Part shown: positions 26,792-36,650 of the stretch, in pieces
Layout: each line of letters opens with the position of its first letter
Numbering within the stretch: the stretch's first letter is position 1
Origin: a virus
UHGV virus genome: UHGV-0010228
Direction: 5' to 3' (one strand)
Length of the DNA: 64,000 nt
The notes under the pieces: model-generated
Database searches by the model: none
What the model saw: the letters and a program-made list of their open reading frames with translations, nothing else
Told to the model about the DNA's origin: nothing
Program-made: the position numbers and the translations under genes

Positions 26792-29119
26792 GTGAAATAT
26801 ATTGTCATGAATACAACATATGATATCTCACTATCAAGTGAAGTATATGCCAATTTGATAATGACTTTATCAACAGGAATAGTTTGGAAAAATTTATCCT
26901 TGGCAAATACTTATGATAATAAAGAAAATTTATATTCATCCGAAATATTCATTTCCGCCAATAGAGGAATGTTATCATTTGAAATTGTAGATGAAATTCC
27001 AAAAGAAGTATTTATTAATCTGGGATATTCCGATGATTTAGCAACTAAATATTCTTTAAGAAAATCATTAATCCCACAAGAAGAAAGAAATGCTGTAATT
27101 ACAGAATATCAAAAAGCATTATGTACAATAAATCCAAATACTGGAAGACCTGGATATAATTGTCCACAAATAGATGCTGATGGAAATTCAGTTGATAATT
27201 GGGTTGAAGTGTATAGTGAAAAAAATAATTATTATAGAATGCTAATAGGATTGCCAGATTTAGAAGATACTGATTTTGTATATAATACTAAATCTGTAAA
27301 TTGGCCTATGAATGTCCCAATACATGAAATGACATTCGTTCAAAGATTGGAGATAGAAGAGAGTGGATATTTGGATGAGCTAATAAAGCAAAATCCAAAG
27401 AAGAAATATCTTCAGTATGTTGGTTCTAGAATGATTGATCTCTATTCTGCTAGAACTTCTGATAGATTCGATATATTATGGATGAATGATATATCTTCAC
27501 AATCAACTATAAAAGATGAGTTTATTGATGTATATAATAATAATAAAAATCTCGTGAATAGAGTGTATTATACTGATGCATATCGCAAGTATAATACACA
27601 ATATGATTCATTTTTAGCATTATCAATATTATTAATGACAATACAGGTTATGAATAGTAAATATCTTGAGAAAGATATAACAAGAGATTTTTATGATGTT
27701 GAATCTTTAAGAGCAGTTTATGATTCATATGGAGTACCATATTATAATGAGATACCACTCGAATATCATAAACGAATTGTAAAGAATATAAATCATCTTA
27801 TAACATATAAAGGTAGTAATACTGTATTTAAAGATCTATTTAAGATATTCGACCTCGAATCAATGAGTATATATCAGTATTATTTAGTAAAACGTCATAA
27901 AGTTGATGAAAATGGTAATCCTATATTTATATATGAGAAAGATTCTGCTGGTAATAAAGTTTTATCTGATGAAAGTTTTGATTATTCGTTTTCTAAAGTT
28001 AAATTAGGAACTGACCCATCATTAGCAATTGCAGATGAAGCCAATACTATACAATATGATGATATTGTAGAATCAGATCCATACTGGATAGAAGATGCAG
28101 ACTTAAAAAATAAATTAGCATCTGAGGAATTTAATTACAATGAAACTAAATATATAGGTATTCAATCAATATTTGATTTAATGGGTTTAACATATCAGAA
28201 TAGCTATGCTATTAAATTAATTCTAGATAATAAATCTATATTAAAAACTCTGTATATTACATCAAATACTGGTATAAATGCCAGTCTATATGATCTAATC
28301 ATATATTTAGGAGCATTATTCTGTAAGAGTAAAGGATGGGAAGGCGTCATTACTAAAGATTTAGCAACTACAACTAAATATCTTGGATTCAACTATAAAG
28401 ATACTATAAATACTATAAAATCTAAAGACTATTATTGGAAATATATCGAAAAGCATCCAGATATGAAAAATAGATTATTTAACTATATTGATGGTATGAA
28501 TATTACAGCTAGTACTAATGTAGTAAATAATGCAATTGATGTAGTCATTGATCTGAAAAATTTCTTACTTGAAGGAATGAGATCTTCTCAAACCAATGAT
28601 GAATATTTTGTATATCGAGATTTATATAATAGCTTATTAGTCAGTGAATTTGTTGGTGATGCTTTTAATATTAGTGGATCAAAATCTACAACATTTAGAG
28701 AAGTATTATCTAAGAATAATAGTTCATTATATACAAGATATCTCGAATCATCCGAACCTAATATTGAAATGGAATATGTTATAGCCGCAATTGAAAAGAT
28801 GATACCTAATTTATCATGTTTAAGAAATGCGTGCGATTTAGATGTTAGCACATTAACATCTGCACTATTTAAAATTCTTGGATATTTCAAATCTGCTAAA
28901 GCAGAATTGGTTGGATATGATATTGTATATATGATAACTTCTAGAAGTACAACGTTCCTTAGATTAATTGATATAGTTAAAAGAACCGGAAAATATACAA
29001 CGTGGATAAATGAAGAATATCCACTAATTGATAGATTTAAGCATATGATAGATAAGCAGACATTTATTGATAATATGCAAATAATGTTTAGAGATGAACT
29101 TGAAGAAGTTATATTATAA
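26792..29119 (+). CDS. Large hypothetical, probably structural, protein (775 aa)
   Basis: GTG at 26792 or ATG at 26807. AACA-N6-TA at 26765-26776 upstream. First gene of the plus-strand block 26792-33169. Confidence 0.55.
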   Translation: MKYIVMNTTYDISLSSEVYANLIMTLSTGIVWKNLSLANTYDNKENLYSSEIFISANRGMLSFEIVDEIPKEVFINLGYSDDLATKYSLRKSLIPQEERNAVITEYQKALCTINPNTGRPGYNCPQIDADGNSVDNWVEVYSEKNNYYRMLIGLPDLEDTDFVYNTKSVNWPMNVPIHEMTFVQRLEIEESGYLDELIKQNPKKKYLQYVGSRMIDLYSARTSDRFDILWMNDISSQSTIKDEFIDVYNNNKNLVNRVYYTDAYRKYNTQYDSFLALSILLMTIQVMNSKYLEKDITRDFYDVESLRAVYDSYGVPYYNEIPLEYHKRIVKNINHLITYKGSNTVFKDLFKIFDLESMSIYQYYLVKRHKVDENGNPIFIYEKDSAGNKVLSDESFDYSFSKVKLGTDPSLAIADEANTIQYDDIVESDPYWIEDADLKNKLASEEFNYNETKYIGIQSIFDLMGLTYQNSYAIKLILDNKSILKTLYITSNTGINASLYDLIIYLGALFCKSKGWEGVITKDLATTTKYLGFNYKDTINTIKSKDYYWKYIEKHPDMKNRLFNYIDGMNITASTNVVNNAIDVVIDLKNFLLEGMRSSQTNDEYFVYRDLYNSLLVSEFVGDAFNISGSKSTTFREVLSKNNSSLYTRYLESSEPNIEMEYVIAAIEKMIPNLSCLRNACDLDVSTLTSALFKILGYFKSAKAELVGYDIVYMITSRSTTFLRLIDIVKRTGKYTTWINEEYPLIDRFKHMIDKQTFIDNMQIMFRDELEEVIL

Positions 29120-29133
29120 GGAGGATAAATAAT

Positions 29134-29940
29134 ATGGCAGAAATTATAAAAGATAAGCTTAATTTTAATGAAGGCTTTAGTAAGGGTAAGATAACACATG
29201 GAATCTTGTATGAAAAGACTCATGATGATAATGGAAGAGAGATAATTAAAAAAGTATCCGATAATAGTATCGTATTTGGTGGTGCTATGACAGCTTTAGA
29301 GAAGTTAACTGGGACACAGGCTAAGTTTAAACCTGCAACGTTAAATGAGATATTAGATATACCAGTTAGTGGAGGAACCCCAGGTAAAGAAACTATTGCA
29401 TTATTTGGTGTAGGTATCGGAGGATCAGGATTAGATTGGGGATCAGTTGTAGCTCCTGATATTAAGCAGAGAAATGTAATTGATCAAATCCCATTACGAT
29501 ATGGTAGTGTATTAAATGATTCTGACGCTAATATGTACTATTTAAAGAAAGCTAATAGTGGAGATCCGGGTACATATTCTTGGTATTTAAAGGAATTTAC
29601 TGATGACCCTATCATATCAGCATTTTGGAAGAATGCTATAGAAACTGATGAAGATGGTACTGAAATTACTGGAGAAGTGTTTGATTCTAAATCTACAGAA
29701 GGTATAGAAACTTTCGCAGAATTCCATTTCAATCTTAATAAGTATGATGTGCGCGACTATTTTGAAGCTACTGGTGATTTAACATATGCAAGATACAATA
29801 CATTCGGATTTTATCTTGGTGAAAAAGTTGGTAATGAATATGCAAATGTTAGATTATTCTCTGTAGTTACATTTAAAAATAGAGATGTATCCGAATCTAC
29901 TATATCAGAATATATTTATAGAGTATATGCATTAATATAA
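29134..29940 (+). CDS. Hypothetical structural protein
   Basis: RBS 'aaggagg'. Followed by the terminator 29951-29984 ('aataggatagcctaaggctatcctatt' plus T-rich run). Confidence 0.55.
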   Translation: MAEIIKDKLNFNEGFSKGKITHGILYEKTHDDNGREIIKKVSDNSIVFGGAMTALEKLTGTQAKFKPATLNEILDIPVSGGTPGKETIALFGVGIGGSGLDWGSVVAPDIKQRNVIDQIPLRYGSVLNDSDANMYYLKKANSGDPGTYSWYLKEFTDDPIISAFWKNAIETDEDGTEITGEVFDSKSTEGIETFAEFHFNLNKYDVRDYFEATGDLTYARYNTFGFYLGEKVGNEYANVRLFSVVTFKNRDVSESTISEYIYRVYALI

Positions 29941-30116
29941 AAAAATAATAAATAGGATAGCCTAAGGCTATCCTATTTATTATATATAATGTAAGAAAAA
30001 GAAGACACACAACTTTCAACTTTTCAGAATTTACATATATGTTTATAAAAAATTTATATCTATATCTAGAGATATTTTAACATTTAGATAATGATTTAAG
30101 GAGGTGATTTGTAATT

Positions 30117-30920
30117 ATGAATTACTTAACTAAATATAGCGGACCAATAATAGATCAAGCATTAGAAAAAGCTCTTAATTGGGAAGAAGTGCCTAATGGA
30201 TTTATAAAAATTTTATCTACTGAATCATCACCATATGATTTAAATACTATAAAAAATCCTGGTAACTATCAGATAGTATATACTACTAATGGACCAAGTC
30301 AAGGATTAATGTATAGACCGATAAATTTATATGTATCAGTTTCCGAAGATGTTACATATCAGATGGTGAGATGCTTTAGTGAATGGTACATGCGTTTCTA
30401 TGATGTTGAACTTGATAAGTGGACAGAATGGGAATTGAGCCAAACTGAAGCGCAGGTTATATTAGATAGTACTGCACCGACGAATCCTAGTGAAAATACT
30501 GTATGGATTGACACTTCTCATGGAAATCCTATAATTAAGAAATGGAATGGTAGTGTTTGGTTAGAGTATTATCCTGATAAGATAATGATGAAGTCGATAT
30601 ATGATAAAAATAATATGAATACCGATTTCTTTGATTATGTCGATAAAGCATTAGCGGATATTGCAGGTGGCGATATTGGTACTATAGTAAATAACCACAT
30701 TAATGATAGTACAATACATGTAACTCAAGAGGAAAAGACTAAGTGGAATAACGCCGCATCTAGAGAATATTTAAGTGATGAAGTATCTGCAATGGAAGAT
30801 CGAATTAATTCTGCACTTGAAGATAAGGTTTCTAGTATCACGAAAAATATAGCAGCAAGTGATTCTATAGATGTTACTAGATTAAAACGAGCAGTTGAAA
30901 GACTCGCTTTATATATATAA
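30117..30920 (+). CDS. Tail-fibre-like protein, paralog 1
   Basis: RBS 'aaggagg'. Shares 'LNW', 'PTNPSEN.VWI..S.G', 'KWNGSVW' and 'IYDKNNMNTDFFDYVDKA' with 30938-32782. Confidence 0.5.
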   Translation: MNYLTKYSGPIIDQALEKALNWEEVPNGFIKILSTESSPYDLNTIKNPGNYQIVYTTNGPSQGLMYRPINLYVSVSEDVTYQMVRCFSEWYMRFYDVELDKWTEWELSQTEAQVILDSTAPTNPSENTVWIDTSHGNPIIKKWNGSVWLEYYPDKIMMKSIYDKNNMNTDFFDYVDKALADIAGGDIGTIVNNHINDSTIHVTQEEKTKWNNAASREYLSDEVSAMEDRINSALEDKVSSITKNIAASDSIDVTRLKRAVERLALYI

Positions 30921-30937
30921 AGGAGGTGTAATTCAAA

Positions 30938-32782
30938 ATGCCTCTAGGAAATTATACAATAAATGGTCAATATAATTCAGAAAAAATTATAAATGGTATC
31001 TTATTTGATAAGATCATATATAAAATATTAAATTGGATGCCTAATGAAGTTACATGGGAAAAGGTTGGATTAGACGAATCTAATCCTTTTGATTTAAAAG
31101 CCTCTAGAAAAATATCTAATGCTTCAGAATTAAAATCTTATGCGGTTTTTAATTATATTAATGGACCAGAAAATGATATATCAAATGCAGTTGTTGGTAG
31201 TCCTTTAAATGTTATATATACACATAAGATCACTACTAGTGATAATAAAATGACACCTTATGAGTTTGCATTTTATAAAAATCATATATATTATAGAAAT
31301 CCAAATTCTACAAGTAATAAGTGGTTAGATTGTGATAATATTGATAGATTTGGCAATGAACGAATTATTATATCCAGAGAACAAATTAGACCAACTAATC
31401 CATCTGGTAATATGATATGGCTATCATCAAATGGAAAGCTTTATATTTATATAAATGGAAAATGGTATGATCCAACTATAACAGATATGATGGATAGAAC
31501 CATCTACGATAAAAACAATCGAGGTGAAAATCCATTTGAATATTTCCATGATAAAATGCAAGATGTATTAAATGAATACAATAAATTCTTAAAGCATAAA
31601 AATAATCTTTTTAAATTAATTCATTTATTAGAAACAGAAAGAGCTTATTATGAAACATTAGTTTCTCAAAAAGATATTCAGAATGCTCTTGATACTAGTT
31701 ATTTCAATAATTATCTAGATAAGATTCAGGAATATATTCAATATAAACTAGATCTTTATTACAATAATGAATTATATGGAAATTCGATATGTTCTTGGGT
31801 TGAAGTTCCACAGTATGTATTAGGAGATAATCACACATATAATGATATTAATGATATTTATTATAGTGAAAATATTTTAGGTATAAAAATAGGCAGTACG
31901 TTATCACTATATAATACATCAAATGATTCATATGATACATATAAGACAATAAGTTCTAGCGCTGCATTTATTGATTACGTGGTAGATAATAATTATTTAT
32001 ATTATGCAACTCTATCGAATAGTAGAGCAAATCAATATAGTTTAACGTTATATATTGAAGAACCGACAAATGAATCTGCGACTAAATTTGTAAAGATATC
32101 TGCACAAGATTGGAATTTTGATAGTCCGATTAAAACGTTCAAAATATCATATCTCGATGGTTATATTTTTGAATATGGTACATTGGAGAATTCCAAATAT
32201 TTTTTACATGTAAATACAATTTGTGATTCGGACCTTGATGTATTTATTGTATCACCTAATAGCTCAACTGCAAAATATTTCATATCTGATATGAGACGTA
32301 ATTTATCTCCAGATGCGGAGTCATCAGAGAATTATCAAATTTATTTAGGAAATATAGATGAAGATAATATTAAATCAGTCAATATGCTTGTATTTACAAC
32401 ATTAGATGAAATATTATTATTGAATAATGAAACATTAATAAGTAAAAATTATAGTGTTGGATTATCTAATGGGGATATGTATATACTTAGTATTGAATAT
32501 CCATATGTTAGTAATACTGTAGATACCGACATTAAACGTATGTGGGAAGTTGTGAATGAAATTGAAATTGATAATAAATATCTTAATCAAGTAGAAGTAT
32601 ATGCTCATAATACTAAGAATTCGTCACTCAATCTATATTGGAGAAATTTAAAATTAAACGAATTAGGAATTAAATCTGTACAAAAAGTATGTGCTGGTAA
32701 ATATAAATACTTAGCATTAATCACTGATTTAGAAGATCAAACTAAATTAATAATAAGTGATATGATATACTATGATATATAA
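30938..32782 (+). CDS. Tail-fibre-like protein, paralog 2 (614 aa)
   Basis: RBS 'aaggagg'. 'RPTNPSGNMIWLSSNGKLYIYINGKWYDP...IYDKNNRGENPFEYFHDKM' parallels paralog 1, with a long divergent C-terminus. Confidence 0.5.
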   Translation: MPLGNYTINGQYNSEKIINGILFDKIIYKILNWMPNEVTWEKVGLDESNPFDLKASRKISNASELKSYAVFNYINGPENDISNAVVGSPLNVIYTHKITTSDNKMTPYEFAFYKNHIYYRNPNSTSNKWLDCDNIDRFGNERIIISREQIRPTNPSGNMIWLSSNGKLYIYINGKWYDPTITDMMDRTIYDKNNRGENPFEYFHDKMQDVLNEYNKFLKHKNNLFKLIHLLETERAYYETLVSQKDIQNALDTSYFNNYLDKIQEYIQYKLDLYYNNELYGNSICSWVEVPQYVLGDNHTYNDINDIYYSENILGIKIGSTLSLYNTSNDSYDTYKTISSSAAFIDYVVDNNYLYYATLSNSRANQYSLTLYIEEPTNESATKFVKISAQDWNFDSPIKTFKISYLDGYIFEYGTLENSKYFLHVNTICDSDLDVFIVSPNSSTAKYFISDMRRNLSPDAESSENYQIYLGNIDEDNIKSVNMLVFTTLDEILLLNNETLISKNYSVGLSNGDMYILSIEYPYVSNTVDTDIKRMWEVVNEIEIDNKYLNQVEVYAHNTKNSSLNLYWRNLKLNELGIKSVQKVCAGKYKYLALITDLEDQTKLIISDMIYYDI

Positions 32783-32806
32783 GAGAAAGGGGGGCTAATA
32801 AAAAAT

Positions 32807-33169
32807 ATGGAAATGCAATTTTTACAGGGTATTATGGATACTCAAATATATGCATTAGCAGTTGCATTATATTTACTCGGAATCGGAATTAGAAAGATTA
32901 GTACTGTAAAGAATAATCATATTCCAGTTATACTTGGTATTGTAGGTATAGTATTTGTAGCATTGCATATATTTGCAACTCAGAGTTTTGATACACCACA
33001 GCAGATAGCTGCGGCAATATTTGCCGCATTTGTTCAGGGTATATTGTGCGCAGCAGCAGCAGTATATGCTGATCAGATTTTTAAGCAGTATAAAAAATTA
33101 AAATCTGTAGTAACTACTAATGAGCCTGAAGAAGAAACTTCAGATCGAGTAGATGAGGATTATAACTAA
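32807..33169 (+). CDS. Putative class-I holin (3 TM segments, charged C-terminus)
   Basis: TM segments 'IYALAVALYLLGIGI', 'IPVILGIVGIVFVALHIF' and 'IAAAIFAAFVQGILCAAAAVYA', then an acidic tail. Lies downstream of the fibre-like genes. Confidence 0.55.
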   Translation: MEMQFLQGIMDTQIYALAVALYLLGIGIRKISTVKNNHIPVILGIVGIVFVALHIFATQSFDTPQQIAAAIFAAFVQGILCAAAAVYADQIFKQYKKLKSVVTTNEPEEETSDRVDEDYN

Positions 33170-33174
33170 AAAAA

Positions 33175-33236
33175 GAAACCTCCGAAGAGGTTTCATAAAT
33201 AATCAGACTAGATTTATACTAGTCTGATTATTTTTA
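33175..33236. terminator. Back-to-back terminators
   Basis: Hairpin 'aatcagactagatttatactagtctgatt' plus 'attttt' serves the plus-strand holin gene. Hairpin 'gaaacctccgaagaggtttc', read on the minus strand and followed by T7, serves the minus-strand gene 33234-33911. Confidence 0.65.
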
Positions 33237-33911
33237 CTTGAAAAGACCTTCTGATATCAGAAGGTCTTTTCTACACCATTCGTCAAGTGTGACGAGACAA
33301 TCATTTTCATCACGCATAGCACCGAGCGCAACTGATCTCATAAGTTCTTTCTCATGAGAGACGAACTTTGAGTATGCTTCACCAAAGTTTGGTGAGGTCA
33401 CCTCAGGAAGAAATGCGAGTTTAGGATTATTAAGAACCTCCTTACACCTGTAATCAAGATACACGTCCATCAACTTGCACTCTTCTGGGCTGAAAATTTC
33501 AGCATTGCTCTTTCTGAGCTTTAATACTAAATTGTTAAATCTTTCATCCCAATTCGCAATAAAAGATTTAATTTTTTCCTTACCATATTTAGTGAGGATC
33601 TTACCAGCTTTATAATCTGGCAAGAAAGTTTTTACAATATCATCGATGAATATGGTAATGAGTTCGATAACACCACCTTTTTCATGATTAAAGATGAATG
33701 TAAAATCAAACCCCTGACCATTATCATCATGAGCCTGGATTCCGTGAATAGCGTTTGCGGATTTACAAATCATTGCTCTAAATATCGGGTCCGAAATGAA
33801 TTTCACAACTTTAGCTGATTCCTCACTTAATTCGAGCTTTGATTCGGAATCGAAAATCAATCCAATATTAGCAATAGTTATAATTTCTTCGTTAGTTATA
33901 TTAATTCTCAT
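33234..33911 (-). CDS. Hypothetical protein, GC-richer (moron-like)
   Basis: 3' half is about 42% GC. Preceded by copy 2 of the terminator/promoter/leader module. 225 aa. Confidence 0.6.
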   Translation of the reverse strand: MRINITNEEIITIANIGLIFDSESKLELSEESAKVVKFISDPIFRAMICKSANAIHGIQAHDDNGQGFDFTFIFNHEKGGVIELITIFIDDIVKTFLPDYKAGKILTKYGKEKIKSFIANWDERFNNLVLKLRKSNAEIFSPEECKLMDVYLDYRCKEVLNNPKLAFLPEVTSPNFGEAYSKFVSHEKELMRSVALGAMRDENDCLVTLDEWCRKDLLISEGLFK

Positions 33912-34030
33912 AGTATATATCTCCTTTCTTTATATACAATTTTTTATTGTATATACTATGACTATAATTTATTCTCATCTTAATAATATACAAATAAAAA
34001 AAAAAGAAATTACGGTATTTAATTATTATT
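33912..34030 (-). promoter_or_regulatory. Repeated module, copy 2
   Basis: The minus-strand read is 'accgtaatttcttttttttttatttgtatattattaag...tatagtcatagtatatacaat...aaggagatatatactATG'. It shares at least 40 nt with copy 1. Confidence 0.55.
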
Positions 34031-34104
34031 TTTCTATGAGCCTTGTGATAGATGAGCAACAAATATTATAATTATAAATCACATTACGAGGAGGCAAAGA
34101 GATT

Positions 34105-34593
34105 ATGGAGTCAAGTCTTCTTTTAGAAGGTTTCCAAATTGTGATGGCTTTCTTATCACCAATAATTGTTGCTGTGATTGGTTATAAGGCTACTCGATTA
34201 AATGAAGAAACCAAAAAAATAAACGAGGTGCAACAGGAGCTTAATAAAACTAAAGAACAGCAGGTTGCTGAAAGATTTGAAGAGATCGAAGAAAATATTG
34301 AAGAGTTGGCATCTGGTTTAACTGCCATTAAATCTAAATGTGCAGATATAGAAGATGATATCGATATCATAACTCATCAAGTAGAGTTTCAGTCTCAACT
34401 CCTTAGAGTTTACAATTCTTCAAGTAATAATGTTATAAATCTCTGCGATGCATTAACATCTTCGCTTGTCAAATATTATCAATCACAACCTGAAATATAT
34501 GAAGCTATAAAAGAATATGAAAATTCTAAAAAAGCTATCACGACAGATATTTTAAGTTTGATTCAATCATTTGGTAGTGAAAGGAGGCCATGA
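34105..34593 (+). CDS. Membrane-anchored coiled-coil protein
   Basis: RBS 'gaggagg'. N-terminal TM segment 'IVMAFLSPIIVAVIGY', then heptad-rich sequence. Confidence 0.5.
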   Translation: MESSLLLEGFQIVMAFLSPIIVAVIGYKATRLNEETKKINEVQQELNKTKEQQVAERFEEIEENIEELASGLTAIKSKCADIEDDIDIITHQVEFQSQLLRVYNSSSNNVINLCDALTSSLVKYYQSQPEIYEAIKEYENSKKAITTDILSLIQSFGSERRP

Positions 34594-34928
34594 GATTTAT
34601 GGCTATGACTAATGAAGCTTTTCAGAGCATGATAGATGAATATGGAGATAGAATATTCTATATAAATCTTAATAATGAATATAAGATGTATATAGGATAC
34701 GAATCTTCACATATTATTTCTGTAAAGGATTTAAAATTGAAGAATGTTGGTGGGGTTGATATGTTTGGGGTTCCAAATGTACCACCTGATGCTAAACTTC
34801 GCAATCTGTCTAAGAAAAACAATAACGAACCAGTATATTATACATGGCATTGTACTGAATATATTGAGACGATTGGAGTTATGGAAGAGAAATATAACGA
34901 CTATAGACCAGATCCGATTGCAATGTAA
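34590..34928 (+). CDS. Hypothetical protein
   Basis: Start overlaps the upstream stop (ATGA). Terminator at 34947-34978 ('aagaagagttatttaataactcttctt' plus T6). Confidence 0.5.
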   Translation: MRFMAMTNEAFQSMIDEYGDRIFYINLNNEYKMYIGYESSHIISVKDLKLKNVGGVDMFGVPNVPPDAKLRNLSKKNNNEPVYYTWHCTEYIETIGVMEEKYNDYRPDPIAM

Positions 34929-35130
34929 GAGAGTTTATAATTAATTAAGAAGAGTTATTTAATAACTCTTCTTTTTTATTAACTCATTTTATCTTTATAT
35001 ATTATTTTTATGCAGGACAGGAATAATCGATTATAAAAATATATAATAATAAACTTTTATATTAATTTAGAACCGTATTAGATCATGTCTTGAAATAAAT
35101 TAATGTAAGAAAAAGAAAGGGAGAATTAAA

Positions 35131-35574
35131 ATGACAGACATCTCAAAATATGTTAAAGCGAAAAAAGAAGCTGGCAGAATTGCTGGTATAAAGGTAAAGC
35201 AGAATAATGCGGAACTTCAGTGCGAGTGCACACATACTGAAAAAGGAGGTCCAGCATTAGAATTTAACAAAAAGACACATGTTTGTGAATGTAAAATATG
35301 TGGTAAAGCTGTAAATCTTAATCCGATCTCTATTGAAGATCAGAATAAGGCAGTTACAGTAATTGACGACATGTGTGATCTGATCAAAATGCGTATAAAT
35401 CCTAACAATAAGAAAGAGATGGATTTGTATAAAAAGATCAAGAAGTTACAGTTAAGAGTTACTACATCATTAAGAGATTATTACCAGGCAGCACGTAGCA
35501 ATAATAAGAAGAATGGTAATAAGAAGAAGAATAACAACAATCACTCTGATTTCGGAAGAACAGTAACAAAATAG
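35131..35574 (+). CDS. Small basic Cys-rich (CxC...CxC...CxxC) protein
   Basis: 'CECTHTEKGG...HVCECKICGK', then a K/N-rich tail. RBS 'aagggag'. Confidence 0.5.
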   Translation: MTDISKYVKAKKEAGRIAGIKVKQNNAELQCECTHTEKGGPALEFNKKTHVCECKICGKAVNLNPISIEDQNKAVTVIDDMCDLIKMRINPNNKKEMDLYKKIKKLQLRVTTSLRDYYQAARSNNKKNGNKKKNNNNHSDFGRTVTK

Positions 35575-35656
35575 AGTGAGTCAAATAATCTATTAACATA
35601 ATATTATTGGGATGAATATTATTATTCATCCCTTTATTTTTTTATAGGAGGTAATC

Positions 35657-36397
35657 ATGAATAAGGAAGATATCAAAGATTATATAAATGATAGCGAAGT
35701 TAGAAAATATATAAATTTTGAAGCTGAATATTCTAATGGAATTATAGATAAAACTTTAATTGAAATTGAAGCTGTAACAACAGATCACCCAGAAATTGAT
35801 AGTAATAATAAATATTATAGAAATCTGATAGATACTCTTACTAGTAGTAAAGATATTTTAAATCATGCCAGAGATATTGCTTTAAAAATATTAGATAAAT
35901 GTGATGAATATACTATTGGTGAATTCTATATGCTGGTAAATGGCATTCGATCTTTATTATATGGAACTCCAATATATGCATTATCTGGAAATGATGATGA
36001 ATGGGATGATTGCACAAAAGAAATAGATAAATTAACTAAGACTATCGAATTTTATAGTCCAAAGTTCAGTAAAGTTGAAGAATATACTTCAGAAATTAAT
36101 ATTGATTCTATTGAAGTCAATAAACGGTATTCTAACATATATAGAATAAATAAAGATAATTCATTAGCATTTAGACTAGATGCAATTACTATGGAAAATG
36201 AACGGGAAGATTTTGATCCTACTGATGGTATTAGATTTATTGAGTTTCCATGGTCATATAAAGATTCAATTATAATTCCTGATAGTGTAGAAAATCCACA
36301 TAAATATATTAATGAAATGGATTTTTATTTTGATGGTACACCTATCCCTAAAAAAGAATTAGAAAGTTTAATGGAAAATAATAAGAAAGAGGAATAA
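35657..36397 (+). CDS. Hypothetical protein
   Basis: RBS 'taggagg'. Terminator at 36383-36424 overlaps the stop codon. Confidence 0.55.
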   Translation: MNKEDIKDYINDSEVRKYINFEAEYSNGIIDKTLIEIEAVTTDHPEIDSNNKYYRNLIDTLTSSKDILNHARDIALKILDKCDEYTIGEFYMLVNGIRSLLYGTPIYALSGNDDEWDDCTKEIDKLTKTIEFYSPKFSKVEEYTSEINIDSIEVNKRYSNIYRINKDNSLAFRLDAITMENEREDFDPTDGIRFIEFPWSYKDSIIIPDSVENPHKYINEMDFYFDGTPIPKKELESLMENNKKEE

Positions 36398-36650
36398 AAA
36401 CTCCTCTTTCTTATTATTTTTGTATTTATCATAAGACAATATATTATTAATATGTAAGTATACTAACACTTATATTAAAATTATATTGATTTATAGAAAG
36501 GAGATAATACTATGAGTATAGCAAATCAGACAAGTGGAGGAGCAAATTATCAGAATTCAAGTAGTGCAAATGATTTTAAATCTATAAAATTGAATCAAAC
36601 AAGTGCAATACATAATGAAACTATGAATTTCTCAGTTAAGGAGGAATTAA

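Noticed and set aside
34058-34069. AACA-N6 motif upstream of 34105, first counted as a late-promoter instance.
   Set aside because: The positions after N6 are 'AT', not 'T(A/T)'. Excluded from the count.
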